Source: a virus (taxonomy: Duplodnaviria; Caudoviricetes). From it: 64,000 nt of DNA. The notes beneath the pieces are model-generated. The model was not told the origin of the DNA. It worked only from the letters and a program-made list of their open reading frames with translations, and searched no databases. Below are positions 37,847-50,200 of the stretch, piece after piece (position 1 is the stretch's first letter; every line of letters begins with the position of its first letter). The translations under genes and the position numbers were made by a program. The DNA lies in the IMG/VR virus record IMGVR_UViG_3300014205_005221, positions 64,001 to 128,000 of that record. The stretch is one strand, 5' to 3'.

Positions 37847-38770
37847 TCAGGTGGGCTGCTCGTAAACTCGAATTTCGTGAGTCACTACACTCTGCTGGGT
37901 CTCAAAAGTCATTGCAGTAGTCTGAGAACCCACACGCTGCACCTGCAGCTGAGAGAATGGCGTAGTCAATGCAGGAAGAACGTATTCTCCGCTGACCAAG
38001 TAGTTGAACATTCCTGCGCTGTAAAGCTTCTGCGGAAACGGAACAGTCTTGCACTGATCGTCTCCCGACGAGTTGCCCAGAATGGCCCGCATCAACGCTT
38101 CACCGGCTGCGAGAATGCGCGCGGTCGAACTGATCTTGTGGTGGCAACGGTGACCACCGTGACGCGCCCAGAACGGCCAGTTGGGAAGAAAGAACCCATT
38201 AATGTTGATGTAAGTGTTCTGATTTACAACAACAGTGGTGTTCTGAACAATAGTAATCTGATTGACATACTCCCGAGGCTTTACCATCTCCCGACGATCC
38301 GTGATCTTCGAAGGAGAGGACGCGTTCGGATTGATCACAATGTCCGAGAGCAGCATCGAGCGATCCGGAAGGGCGGGCAACGGTGGGTTGTTGCTGGCCG
38401 AGTTCGCTCCAGGGACAACCTCGATGTTGAAAGAATTATCGCCGTCGCCGGATACCAGGGACGCATCGCGAACCCGGGCGATGATTGCGTCACGTCGGTA
38501 CTGAGTAGAAGACGCGGTACCGAGGTTGAGAACAGTGTCTTCATCCTGCGTACAGTGATAGCTGCCGTTGAAAGACACGTCCGAGTAGATGACGCCGCGA
38601 CCAGGACCGATCGTCACACTCATCGGCGTAGCACCGCCGCCAGTAGTGGTCCGGAACGAATCAGGCGTGACGATTCCGGTGGCCCCGGCGCCCCACTGAT
38701 CCTCGATCTGCAGGCGATCGGTGACCGCGTCGACGCCCACGGCCTGGGCGTATGCAAAACGCGCAGTCAT
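37847..38770 (-). CDS. Minor tail protein
   Basis: RRDAIIARVRD...PPLPALP...LSDI...ITDRR motif typical of actinophage minor tail proteins. Confidence 0.75.
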   Translation of the reverse strand: MTARFAYAQAVGVDAVTDRLQIEDQWGAGATGIVTPDSFRTTTGGGATPMSVTIGPGRGVIYSDVSFNGSYHCTQDEDTVLNLGTASSTQYRRDAIIARVRDASLVSGDGDNSFNIEVVPGANSASNNPPLPALPDRSMLLSDIVINPNASSPSKITDRREMVKPREYVNQITIVQNTTVVVNQNTYININGFFLPNWPFWARHGGHRCHHKISSTARILAAGEALMRAILGNSSGDDQCKTVPFPQKLYSAGMFNYLVSGEYVLPALTTPFSQLQVQRVGSQTTAMTFETQQSVVTHEIRVYEQPT

Positions 38771-38785
38771 GTCAAATCCTTCCGA

Positions 38786-41296
38786 TCACAGGTACGCAGG
38801 CTCCCAGCGCCACACGACATAGCCCGACTCCGAATAGCCTTCGTGCGAGAACTGCAGTCGCTGGTAACCCGGGCGGGCATGCAGCCAGTCCGTAGTGCGG
38901 TCCAACCACCAGTACCGAGAACCCGTGCCGACCAGCTCAACTGTTCGCTCAGTGAAATCAATGCGGATAACGTCATCAGCAGACAAGTCAATATCGTTAA
39001 TGAGACGGAAACGCTCATTGGTGTCCATGTTGAAAAGAACTGGATTCACCAGATCTCCATGAAGCTCCGCTACCAGCCGAGCCTCATGTGTTCCGTCATT
39101 GAAAAGCGTGAAGATTCCGGTCGAGCCGAAGTTTCCGTACTCCAGCCGATACGTACGCGGGTAGCGCCGAAGCCCACCGGGGGTCCGCACGATCACCGGA
39201 TCCGAATGCTGCTCTTCAGCACGCCAGAACGGATCGTTCATCATCAGATCGACGGTGAACGTCGCGCGCATAGGACCCGTAGGGTTCAGGTCCATCTGCG
39301 ACATGGGCTCGACCCACGTCCGCATCTTCATGATTCCGTAGCGCGTCGGAACACGGCGGATCAACATGATCTGCCTGTCCCACACCGCAAAAAGCTGCTT
39401 CAGCTTGTTGTAGTGCTCCCAGAACTGAGTGCGCAAGTAAATGTCCTCGGGAATGTCTCCATTCACCGTGGTGCCCTGCACCCACATCGCCAGCGACAGC
39501 TGCTTCTGGTCCGGAGTCTTAGGGATCCAACGCCGACCCGGGCGCGACGAGATACGGATGTTCTCGGTGTCAGCCACCGGGATGCCCTCGCGACCTGCCA
39601 GCGTGGAGATGTTGAACGCCAGCGTGGCAAGCGAGACCGGAGAGTCGTAGACCCACTCTCCACGGACCAGGCGGCCGGGATCGACTTCCCAATACTCCTT
39701 AGTGGTGTAAAGGAGATGGCCGTCATCGTCGTAGCCGAACTGCTCCGAGTCCTCGGAGTAGACCTGACGGTCCGAACCCGGAAGGGGCTCGGCAGGCAGC
39801 ACAGACACGCCCGTGAACGCCGTGAGGCCCAGATCCGGCATGGTCGCGGTGATCGCCGCCGATCCCTCGCCCACGGCCGTCACGAGACCCGAGGAATTGA
39901 CCGTCGCGACCGACGGATCCGAGGTCGACCAGATCACGCTCACCGGAGATGCCGTAGCACCGCTGGAGTACTGGATCGTCGCGTACATCTGCTGCGTGAC
40001 GAGCGCGTGCTGGACCAGAGTCAGAACACCCTGGCGAGGCTCAACGTAGGTCGATGTGATGACCTCGCCGAACTCTTCATCCAGCGACATCCAGTGCTGA
40101 TGAATCCGGCCGTCATCGAGGTCGCGCGGGTAGACCGCGACCTCATCGAGGGTGGCTGCTACGTCATTGTTGGGAGCGAATACCAGAGCGCCGGACCCGA
40201 CACCATCATAGTTCGTGTCCGCAAAAGCAAGAATGTCCTCACCATCAACGTAAATGGTAAGAAGGCCATCGTTGTACGTAAAAGCGTAGTGATGCCACTG
40301 GTTATCCTGCCACGGCGCATTGACCTGAGCACCCGTGGAAGAACCGACCGGCATAAACCCGATCTGCGTCGTCCCGACCGTCGCGATCTTCCACTTATCC
40401 GTGGCGAACAGCGTGCCGCCAGTATCGGTGTCAAAACGCGCGAGGAACTCAAAGGTCCACTGGCCGAGCCCTACGGTGCCCAAATCCCAGGCGCCGTTGC
40501 CACCAACCACCGTGGCCGACCCGGCGGCAGCGAACTGCGACGCACCATCCCCGTCTTCCGGCCGAGACGTCACATTGTAAGTAACACCCGACGCGGAATA
40601 GTCGCCTCGGTAGATACCGTTTTCATCGACCATGTAACGGCGAGTGAATGTAGTATCCATACGAGACTGCGACTTGCCTACAGTTCCCAACCACACACAG
40701 TTGGCCGAGCCACCATCGAAATACGTCCCCAGCGTCGACGTCGCCTCGTAATGGACTCCGTCAACCTCCAGGCGATCAGTATTGGTAAGTGACTCCACCA
40801 CCGCGAGCGCGCGCAGCTTCACGCCGTTCGCCGGAACCGTGTGCACCTGCGAGACCCGGGTCCAGGTATTCGCGGGGATAGAGATCGGTGTGCCGACCAC
40901 CAGGCCGACCACGGAATCGTTGGAGCGCAGCGACTCCACGTTCACCGAGACGGTCTGCGCGCGGTTGACCCGAACCCAGTAGGACACCACGTACGACGTG
41001 CCCGCTGTAGCAGCGGTTGTCGGCATCGTGATCCACGACTTGAAAGACCAGTTCGCAGTTGCTGTCGCACGGTAATACGACGAGCCCTGCTGACCGCCGC
41101 TGGTCTGCCTGGATCCAGCGAAAGCCGCGTTATTGAGCGAGCTGCCATACCGCTGCGTGCTGTAACCCGTGGTGTCAACCTCGACCGACGGGTTGGGACA
41201 CAGGTTGAACCGCGAAATGACTTCGTCGAACGGTGCATCCGACATGCGCCAGTACGCCAGCGGGCCGTCCAGCAGGATCTCGGTGTAGAGGCTCAC
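38786..41296 (-). CDS. Distal tail protein (Dit) with N-terminal LamG, CBM and Ig-like domains
   Basis: PLAYWRM/LDEVAVY LamG, WSTSDPSVATV Ig-like, C-terminal DPFW...WEPAYL; directly after the tape measure. Confidence 0.8.
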   Translation of the reverse strand: MSLYTEILLDGPLAYWRMSDAPFDEVISRFNLCPNPSVEVDTTGYSTQRYGSSLNNAAFAGSRQTSGGQQGSSYYRATATANWSFKSWITMPTTAATAGTSYVVSYWVRVNRAQTVSVNVESLRSNDSVVGLVVGTPISIPANTWTRVSQVHTVPANGVKLRALAVVESLTNTDRLEVDGVHYEATSTLGTYFDGGSANCVWLGTVGKSQSRMDTTFTRRYMVDENGIYRGDYSASGVTYNVTSRPEDGDGASQFAAAGSATVVGGNGAWDLGTVGLGQWTFEFLARFDTDTGGTLFATDKWKIATVGTTQIGFMPVGSSTGAQVNAPWQDNQWHHYAFTYNDGLLTIYVDGEDILAFADTNYDGVGSGALVFAPNNDVAATLDEVAVYPRDLDDGRIHQHWMSLDEEFGEVITSTYVEPRQGVLTLVQHALVTQQMYATIQYSSGATASPVSVIWSTSDPSVATVNSSGLVTAVGEGSAAITATMPDLGLTAFTGVSVLPAEPLPGSDRQVYSEDSEQFGYDDDGHLLYTTKEYWEVDPGRLVRGEWVYDSPVSLATLAFNISTLAGREGIPVADTENIRISSRPGRRWIPKTPDQKQLSLAMWVQGTTVNGDIPEDIYLRTQFWEHYNKLKQLFAVWDRQIMLIRRVPTRYGIMKMRTWVEPMSQMDLNPTGPMRATFTVDLMMNDPFWRAEEQHSDPVIVRTPGGLRRYPRTYRLEYGNFGSTGIFTLFNDGTHEARLVAELHGDLVNPVLFNMDTNERFRLINDIDLSADDVIRIDFTERTVELVGTGSRYWWLDRTTDWLHARPGYQRLQFSHEGYSESGYVVWRWEPAYL

Positions 41297-44200
41297 GAGA
41301 ACACCCCTGCGAAGTTCAGCTTCTGCATTGTGCCCTCGAACGAATCAGTAGAACGTTGCGGGGCTGGGTTCGTGATCTGAACAGCGCCCTCGGAGAACAC
41401 CACAGACTTACTATTCGTGTCGCCCGACGATGCCGAAGAAATAGCCTTGGCAAGCTTCTCCTGAACCGCACGCCCGATACGCGGACGCGACAGCGACGGA
41501 GAGCCGACAAAGCTGAACAGATCCGCTGCATCCAGCACCGGCCCGCCGTTGGCGAAGTGCTGCATCGGATTGTCGTTCAGCTCATGCAGAGCCTGCACGC
41601 CGATCTTGCGGACTGCGTCTTTGCGCAGCACAAACTCGCCCGGAGTAAGCATTGCCGGGACAGTGTCACCCACCCCGGTACCCGGGACACGGCCACCGCG
41701 AGCGAACGGAAGACCGCGCTTGTAGGCGTCCATGTTGGAGAGGAACTTGTCCTTGTTCGGCGACGGAAGCTGCGCGATCTGCGCCGCCACCTGAGCGTTC
41801 TCCATCATGGTGAAGATGTCCTTGGTATCGATCTTTGTCGCCGTCGATACCTCACGCACACCGAGCCCTGCAGTCTTGCGCAGCGCACCGATGACGGTCA
41901 GCGCGTTCTCCAAATTCGCGCCGATGACGTTCTTGGACTCTTCCAGGATCTTCTCGACCTTGGCCGCGTTCCCCGGAGACTTGACCGCCTCGCGAGACAG
42001 CGCCAGGCCGCCACCGTCGGTGGTGCCCGTGCCGAGCCCCATCTTCGCGAGCGCGATAGCCAGATCGTCGTAGCCCCAACCCGAAAGCTTCAGGAGGTTG
42101 GACTCGAACTCCTTGGTCTGCGCGGTGCTCTCAGCGATGCCCTTGGACCAGCTGTCCAGCGTCATCGGGGTGGTCGTGCCATCGCCGGTAGCCGGGGCGG
42201 TGGGATCCGGAGTCGGCGCAGGTGTGGTGGTGTCCGGTGTAGCACCCTTCTTCGGGTACGACAGCCAGGCGCCCGTGAAGATCTTGCCGGGGTCCTTGAT
42301 GTTGTTGATTCGAGCCAGCTCCGAGACCGTGGTCTCAAACCGCCGCGCGAGCGACCAGAGCGTGTCTCCGCGCTGAATCTGATAACGACCCATGTCGCCG
42401 GTGGTCGACTTCGCAGCCGCAGCAGGCGTAGGCGTGCGCGGCATGTTCAACCACTGACCGGTCAGAACCTTGTTGACGTTGGCGATCTTGTTAAGACGCT
42501 TCAGCTCATCAACAGTGGTTCCATACGCGCGAGCAATGCCCGACAGCGAGTCGCCGCGCTTGATCTGGTAGGCCAGGCCGTTGTTACGCTGCACGACGCC
42601 GCCGAGCGCCATGTACTGCGCCGCGTTGTCGGAGAACGCACCCGGGCGCATGGCGTTGAGGGCCGCGAGGTTCTGCGGGCCAAGCGACTCCGCCGCCGGG
42701 CGCGAGAGCACATACTCGCCAGGGGTGAGCATGGCAGGCTCGGTGTCGCCGTTGCCACGTCCAGGGACGTAACCGCCCTTGGCATACCAGTGCGGGGAAC
42801 GACTCGACCACATGCGGTACGCGGTGATCGGGTCGCCGTACTTGCCCTTGATGTAGTTCAGACCCCACTCGGCCTGACCCGCAGCTGTCGGCTCAACAGG
42901 TCCGTGGGTTCCGGTCAGCTTCTGGAACAGACCGCGCGCCGAGGACGTCGGGTTCGCCGCGTTCGGATTCCAGCTCGACTCACCCTGGACCAGAGCAGCC
43001 AGCGCATCCCACTGCGGGCCCTCGCCCCAGCCGTAGCGAGCCGCTACCGCCTTGACCGCAGCGATGACATCCGGAGACCCGGAGACGGCGCCCGCCAGCG
43101 GTCCGGCCATAGCGGTGGCCGCCATGACCTTGGCGAGGGCGGCCTCCTTGACCTTGTCCGCGCCCTGCTGAGCGATATCCGCCAACTGCTGTCCGTGCGG
43201 GCTCGGGTTACCCGCACGGAAGTCAGAAATCATCTTGTTGGCTTTGTCAAACTCTGCATTGACAATTGGTGTCGGATCGAACGCTACGCCGCCAACACCG
43301 CCAGAAACGAACGTACCGCCCACCTGCGGCAGTGAGTACTGCGCGGAGAACATGCCATCATTCGCGCCACGAGCACCTGGACCCATGATTACCGCAGGCG
43401 GCGTGGACTCAACATTGATTCCACCGAGCGTGCCCGCCATGTGCGAGCCCGGCAGAACACCGATTGAGAACGCCGACGACAGTCCAGGAACAAATCCTGC
43501 CGTAGCTCCACCCGCGAACGATGACGTGGTGTAGCGACGAACGTAAGGGTTACCCGTGGTCAAAGCACCATGGATAGCGCTCATGAAGCCCGAACAGTCG
43601 TAGCTGCCCGGTCCGGTAGCACCCCAGACGTACGGCTTGCCTACCTGAGAACGTGCAAACGCCAGACCGGCCTCGACCGGGCCACCCTCGGCCATGTGTG
43701 CCCAGCCCGGACCACCCGGATCCCCGCCCTGATCCATCTCTTGCATCGAACGGGTGTCGCCGCGACGCACTGCCTTGTGCCACGCATCAACGGCGCCCTG
43801 GCCGCCGAGCCGGTTAACAGCACGCTTGGAGAGCATGTACTCACCAGGCATACCCATAATCGGAATGCTGTCCTTGTTTGCTTCTCCGCCCTTCAGCGGA
43901 CCACCCTTGGCAAACCCAGGAACAACATCCGGAACATGCTTGTTCAGCGTAAACTGCGTGTCAAGCGCATTCCACGCAGCAATAATACCCTTGTTGAATG
44001 GGCCCTCAATAACAGCCCTGACAGGAACCGAAGCCGATTCCTGCATAGTAGCCATCTGAGTCTTAAACCACGCAGCAGTGTTACCCACCGACGTGTCAGT
44101 TGCGGTCAATCCAGCGCGCACCGCAGTCAACGCGGTATCAGCGCGAGTCTTGAAGTCTTCCGTCGACACCGACATTGCGGTTGTCGATGCCGCAGTGTGG

Positions 44201-47200
44201 GTCTGCGTCGTAGTCAGGTCCGTACGCAGCGGGAGCAACCCGGCGGTACGCACAGCCAACGTGGCCGCGTTCGACAGATCGCGATGCAGATTCATCGCGT
44301 TGGTCATTGCGGTCGTAGTGGTCTGCTCATGCACCTGAGTGGTGGTCAGGTCCGTACGAAGCGGGAGCAGCCCGGCAGTACGGATATTGAGCAGCGAAGT
44401 GTTCGCGGCAAGATCGTGCGTCTGCATCGCCAGCGTCATTGCCTGCGTCACAGCGTCTGTAGTGGTCTGCGTTGTAGTCAGGTCCGTACGCAGCGGGAGC
44501 AACCCGGTTGCCCGGAGATCCGCGAGCGCAGCGTTACCAGCGACGTGCGTCGCCTCGATCGCGGCAGAGATTGCCGTGCCCACCGTCTGCGACGTGAGCG
44601 AAGTCAGATCGAGGTCGGTACGCAGCGGCGCCAGGCCGCCGGTGGAGATCTGCTGCAGCGCCGGGAACGCCTTGGCTGTCAGCTCCGTAGCCATGGCGGT
44701 AGCCGCCACGGTGAAGGTGTTCAGCGCAGCGGCCGACTCCGCGATGGCAGCAGCATCGATCGGGGCAGGAGCCTCTGGTGCGTTGGTAGCGCCTACACCT
44801 GTCGATGCAGAAGCCTGTGCGACCGGACGCCTGCGGCCAACGATGCCTCCGCCTGCGTAAGCACCCGCACCGGTGGAACTGTTCCGGTTGGGCGAACGTC
44901 CAGAAGCTTCTCGGTTGGCCCGGAGAATGTTCTTGGCGCCGATCTTCTTGACCAACTCAGGAACGAGAACAGCTTCACCCGGAGAGAGAGTCGCCGGAAC
45001 AGTATCCTTGCCTGGAGCGTATCCAGGGACAATACCTCCACCCGCAAAATCATTCTTCAGGCGCGAATAATCCTCGCTAGTTGCCTGACCTGCGTCGAAC
45101 CGCATGCGAATCTCAGCAAGATCCTGAATCTTCTTAAGCTGAGACTCAACTTCACGAAGACGTGCGATTGTTTCTGGAGCGTTGTCAGAAAGCTTGATCT
45201 CTTTGCCACCAGGCAAAGTGATGACAGCGTGACCTGTCTCGTCAATACGGACCTTGGCGCCAGCAGCGGCGAACGCCGTACCGTCCATGCCCGTAATGAT
45301 CTTCTGCAGAGCTTCCGGCAACGGACCCTTATACGTCCCCGCAAGCTCCAGCGCAGCCGTAGACTGACCACGCAGCGCAGCAGTGTCAAGATCTGTCTCA
45401 CCGCGCAGCTTAGCCGCAGCAACTTCGGCGGTGCCAGCAGTTGTAATGTAGTTAAGAATGTCTTGCTGAAGTGCATTGCTGGCAGCTTGTGCTTCAGCAC
45501 TTGCCGCACCATTAGCAGCTACAGCATCATTATACGCCTTTTGCGACTCTTTAACACTGTCCAAAGACTGCTTTTTAGCAAGATCTCCGTTGAGAGAAGC
45601 CAAAAGCATATCATTATGATTGCGAGAAGCTTCAGTAGCCTTCTGCTGCTCAATAGTTACACCATTAAGAGCAGCTCGAACACCAAGCGCTTCGTACTGC
45701 TCACGAACGAATCCCTCACGAAGCTTATCAATCTCCGCAAGCAACTCACGAGCACCCTGCCCAGTAGCGTTATATTCTTTATTCCATGTCTCAATGTAGG
45801 TGCCTCCCTGAGCACCTCCCGAAACGTACCCACTCCTCGCCATGTAAGAGTTAGCTTCAGCGACATCGAGCAATCGCTGACGCAACGTATCCAGAGACTG
45901 CCCACCACTAGTGATAGCAGTAGTAACCTGCTCCTGACCAATCTTAAAGTCTTTAAGACCGTCAGTTACCAGTCGTCCAGAACGCGCCATAGTCTGATCA
46001 GAAACAGACTTAGCTACAGACTTACGAATTGATTCGTCAATGACGCCATTAGAAGAATCAATAGCAGAACGATAATTAGCAATTGCTTGATTGTTCTGCT
46101 CAATAGCATTGCGAGAATTAGCCGTCGCCGACCGAAACAGCGCAAAAAGCCCAATAGCACCGAGCATGGCAACCATGAACGGGCCACCAAGAGCACCCGA
46201 CAAGCCGCCTAACACCTTGCTGAAACCACCCGCAGCTGCACCAGCCGTGCCAGCAGCTCCCGCGAGCGCGCCTGCTCCACGAGCACCATTCGTTGCAGCC
46301 GTGGCGTACGACGTCATTCCGCCAGCCGCACCAGCCGCCAGCGTTCCCGAGCTACGCACCGCAGAACCCGCGCCAGTTGCTGCGGTGGCGTACGACGTCA
46401 TACGACGCTCAGAATCCGCAGCCGCAGTCCCAACAGCACGAATGTTGGTAGCCGCTGCCGTAGCAGCAGCGCCCACCCCACCAGTCATTGCGCGACCGGT
46501 GTTGTTTGCCGCAGTAGTAGCGTTGTTCAGCGAACTCGACGCAGAAGCGGCACTTGTCTCAACCGGCTTGAATACGCCGGTGAGCTTCGATGTCATCGAG
46601 CCAAACGCCGAGGACACCTTGCCCGCTGCGTTCGATGCAGCTGTAGCCGCTCCACCGAACGCAGTAGTAGCAGTCTTGGCAACAGGCGCAAACGCGCCCG
46701 AGACCGCCGCTCCCACCTTCGAGAACGCGGAACCGATCTTCGAGCCGGACGACGTCGCGGTCGATGCTGCACTGCTTGTTGCTGCAGCGGCTGCCGATGC
46801 CGCAGAACCGACTCCACGCAGCCCGGCAGACGCCGAATTGGCTCCAGCGCCGATCTTAGAAGATGCGGAGGCGACACCTGCAGCAGACTGCGAGAGCCCG
46901 GATGCAGACTTCCCAGCGGCTTGCGCGGCCGAACTCAGGCCGGAGACCGACTTCGTGGAACCCGCAGCAGACGTTCCCACACGCGAGAGCGAACTGGACG
47001 CTCCCGTAGCGGTCTGTCCGAACGCGCCGGTAGCCCTCGCAGCCGCCTGCGTGGCCGCGCTGTAGCCCGCCATCGCCTTGGTGGCAGCCGACAGGTTCGA
47101 CGTGTTGATCGGCTTCGGAGCAGCAGGAGCGGGAGCCGCCGTCGAACCGACACCGCGCGAGCCAGGAACATTGCCCGCTGGGCGTGTCTGGGCACCGCTC

Positions 47201-50200
47201 TGGTTGGTCACCTGACCGGCGTTGCGGCCCGTCAGAGCAACAGACTCGCCAGCCTTGAGGCGAATCGGAGCTGGCTTGGCGCCCGGTGCAGGGAGAGTCT
47301 GCGCGGGACGGCTTGGGTGGTTGAGATTGGTCTTGGCCGGGGTCGACGCCGACGGAGTGGCCGATCCGACCACCCGGACAGGCAAAGGCTTCGCCGGTGT
47401 AGCCAGCGGACGGGCACCAGCGGACGGACCCGGAGGCAAGGCCAACGGAGCACGACGCGCCGCTGAAGCACCCGCTGCAGTCTGACGCGCGCCAGTCGTT
47501 CCCGGAGTGATCGGAGGAACCCGACCGCCCGGAGGCGTCGCCACCGGAGATGGGACACGAGAAACAACCCCACCAGGCCCCGCTACAAACGAAGCTCGCG
47601 TAGGCGGCACAACATTGCCCGCACCAGGACCAGCGGTGAACTTGTACGGGTTACCCGCAGGAAGGGCGCGCGTGGTGCCCGGAGGCAGGGCACGGACCGT
47701 GCTCGGCTGTGTAACCGTGGGGGAGAATCGAGAAGTAGGAACAGCGCTGCCCGCGCGGTTGACCACCGGTGTGCCGACCGCCGACGCGCCCGCACGGAAC
47801 AGACCGCCCACAGCCTGACCAGCACGAGCGGTACCGGTCACCGGCTTGGTGTCCGCCGCCTTGCGTCCCGCCGTGAAACCACTGCCGAACGTCGATGCCG
47901 TCCTGGGCTGGTTGGCAGCAGCAGCCGCGCGGGCCGCCGATCCGCCCAGCGCCGCGTTGAGCTTGGAGGCACCCGGCAGGAACGCCATGACCTTGCCAAG
48001 CGCAGCGAACGCGATCGTCGCACCCTTGGCAGCCAGCATCATGCTGACCAGGAACGACACGATCGGAATCGACGTCAGGAAGTCGAGCAGCTCGACTGCC
48101 TTGCCGATGATCGAGACAAACGCGCTCAGGCCACCGCCAGACCCATTCTCGGAGAGGTTCGAGAAGAAGTCCATGAGGTTCGAGAGCAGCTCGATGATCT
48201 GCGGACCGAGCTTGTCGAACGCCGCACCGATGGCTTTGAACATGCGCTCCAGCGCAGGCCCCATGGTGTCGCGAATGGACAGCAACATCTTCGTTACTGT
48301 CTCACTAGCGCCCATATCAATGAACGCCTTGGCAATATCGCCAAGAATGCCCATTGTCAACTCAAGGTTGGGCTTAACCTTCTTGAAGTACTCCGCCATG
48401 GCATTTTTGCCCTCGGCGGTGCCCATCCATTTCCGCGTCTCAGCGGTGAGCTTCTCGAAGTCCTCCAGGATCCCGGTACCCGTCGGATCACCGGCCTTGA
48501 AGACCTCCTTGATGATGCCGCCGACGTTGAAAATGATCTTGCCGAGAAGCTCCAGGCGCGCGCGGACCTTCTCGAAGTACTTGACCAGCGACTCATCGCC
48601 ACGGCCGATCTCAGCTTCCTTCTTGTAATACTCAGAAAGCTGCAGTACAAGGTCGCCAATCCACTGCGCGAGCGGCTCGGCGGCAACACCGACGTCTTCC
48701 AGCGCGGAAGCAAAGTTGATGAACGCCTGACCGAACTTGTCGATCAGCGCCGGGCCGCCGCCGGTACCGAAGCGCTTAAGATCCTCTTCCCAGCTCTTGA
48801 CCTCTTCAGCCAGCTTGAAGCCGAGGTTGCCGAGCACCTCGCCGAACGCCTTGACCGCCGGTGTGGCGACCGTGTCCAGCATCGGGATGAGAAGCTGCAG
48901 ACCCTTGATCAGGCCCGGGAACATCGCGGTCTGCGCGGTGCGGCTCAGCTCGTCGAACTTCGGGGTCAGATTGCGGAGGATCTCCACCATCTGACGGCCC
49001 TCAGGTGAGAGCTTCGCAAGCGCAGCCGCAAGCTTGTTCGCCGCAGCCGACGCTCCACCCGACGACTTCGTCGCCTGATCTTGGGCCTCGGCGAGGCGCT
49101 GCATGGCGTCGGAGACACGCTCAGCCGCATCACGCTGACGCTTGGCCGAGTCTGTCTTCGCTTCCGCGAGATTGCGCTCCGCATCCGCAACCGACTGCGC
49201 AGAATCGCGCTGCTGCTTGGCCTGGGCCTGCTGGGCATCTCCGAGCGAGCGCGCCGCGCTCTGCTGGGCCTCCATCGCGGACTTGAGGGAATCCTGCGCC
49301 GAGACAACGCCCGGCATCCCCTCGACGCCGCCCTGCTGGGCCTCGTTGAGATCCGCCTGATCACGCGCAGCCTGGCGCGCTACATCGTTGATCCGGTCCT
49401 GGGCCTCAGCGACCCGCAACGCCGCTTCACGACGATCCAGCGACGACGCCGTGGCATCAGCGTTGACCTCAGCCAAACGCTCCTGAGCCCGGAGCAGGCT
49501 GATCTCCGCGCCCTCCTGGGTGAGCGCGCTGTCGTGAACCCGATCGGAGAGATCCTCCAAGTCGCGAATCGCCTGACGGCGCGCGTCGTGAAGATCCTCT
49601 TCCGCCCGGAGAACGTCTTCGTTGGCCCGGATCAGATCGCGGTTGGCGTCCTCGACACGGCGCGCCGCCTGCACAGCACCCTCGGCTGCGTCCTCGCGCG
49701 CACGCTCCACCGCACGTTGGGCATCAGCGACCTGTCGAGCGCCAGCAACCTCAGCGTCCTGCTGACCCTGAACGGCATCACGGACACCACGCTGGGCCGC
49801 GCCGATCGCCTTCGCTGCCGCCACCCGCTGCGCCGCAGCAGACGTAGCACCCGAAGCAGCCTGCTGATCCACAGCCTTGTACGCCGCGAGCGCATCACCG
49901 ACACCACGGAACGCCGATGCGATCGTGCCGACCGCTCCCGCCGCAGCGACGGCCATGGGGCCCAGAGCGGCGATGGCGTTCACCGCAGGACCAGCAGCCC
50001 CGACGATCGCCACAAGCCCGGAGACAAGCGATGAGAGCGCTCCTACGAGCAGCTGCACACCGGGGACCACGGCGGCGAAACCGAGCCCGAGCAGGATCGT
50101 CCGCAGACCGGCACCCGCAACACCCGTGCCGTTGAGCGTGGCCCGCAGCGGACTCATCACGCTGGCGAGCTGGCGGGCTCCGTTGGAGGAATCCCGCGAC

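Noticed and set aside
37685-40792. Long plus-strand ORFs (1035 aa here; also 2761-4443, 9777-11474, 34277-36613, 41233-43335, 43570-46032, 60672-62117)
   Set aside because: Antisense shadows of well-supported minus-strand genes; R/H/V-rich without motifs, as expected from high-GC codon bias
44110-44640. Regularly spaced repeats resembling CRISPR or DGR
   Set aside because: In-frame 132-bp coding repeats; no cas or reverse transcriptase gene in the window
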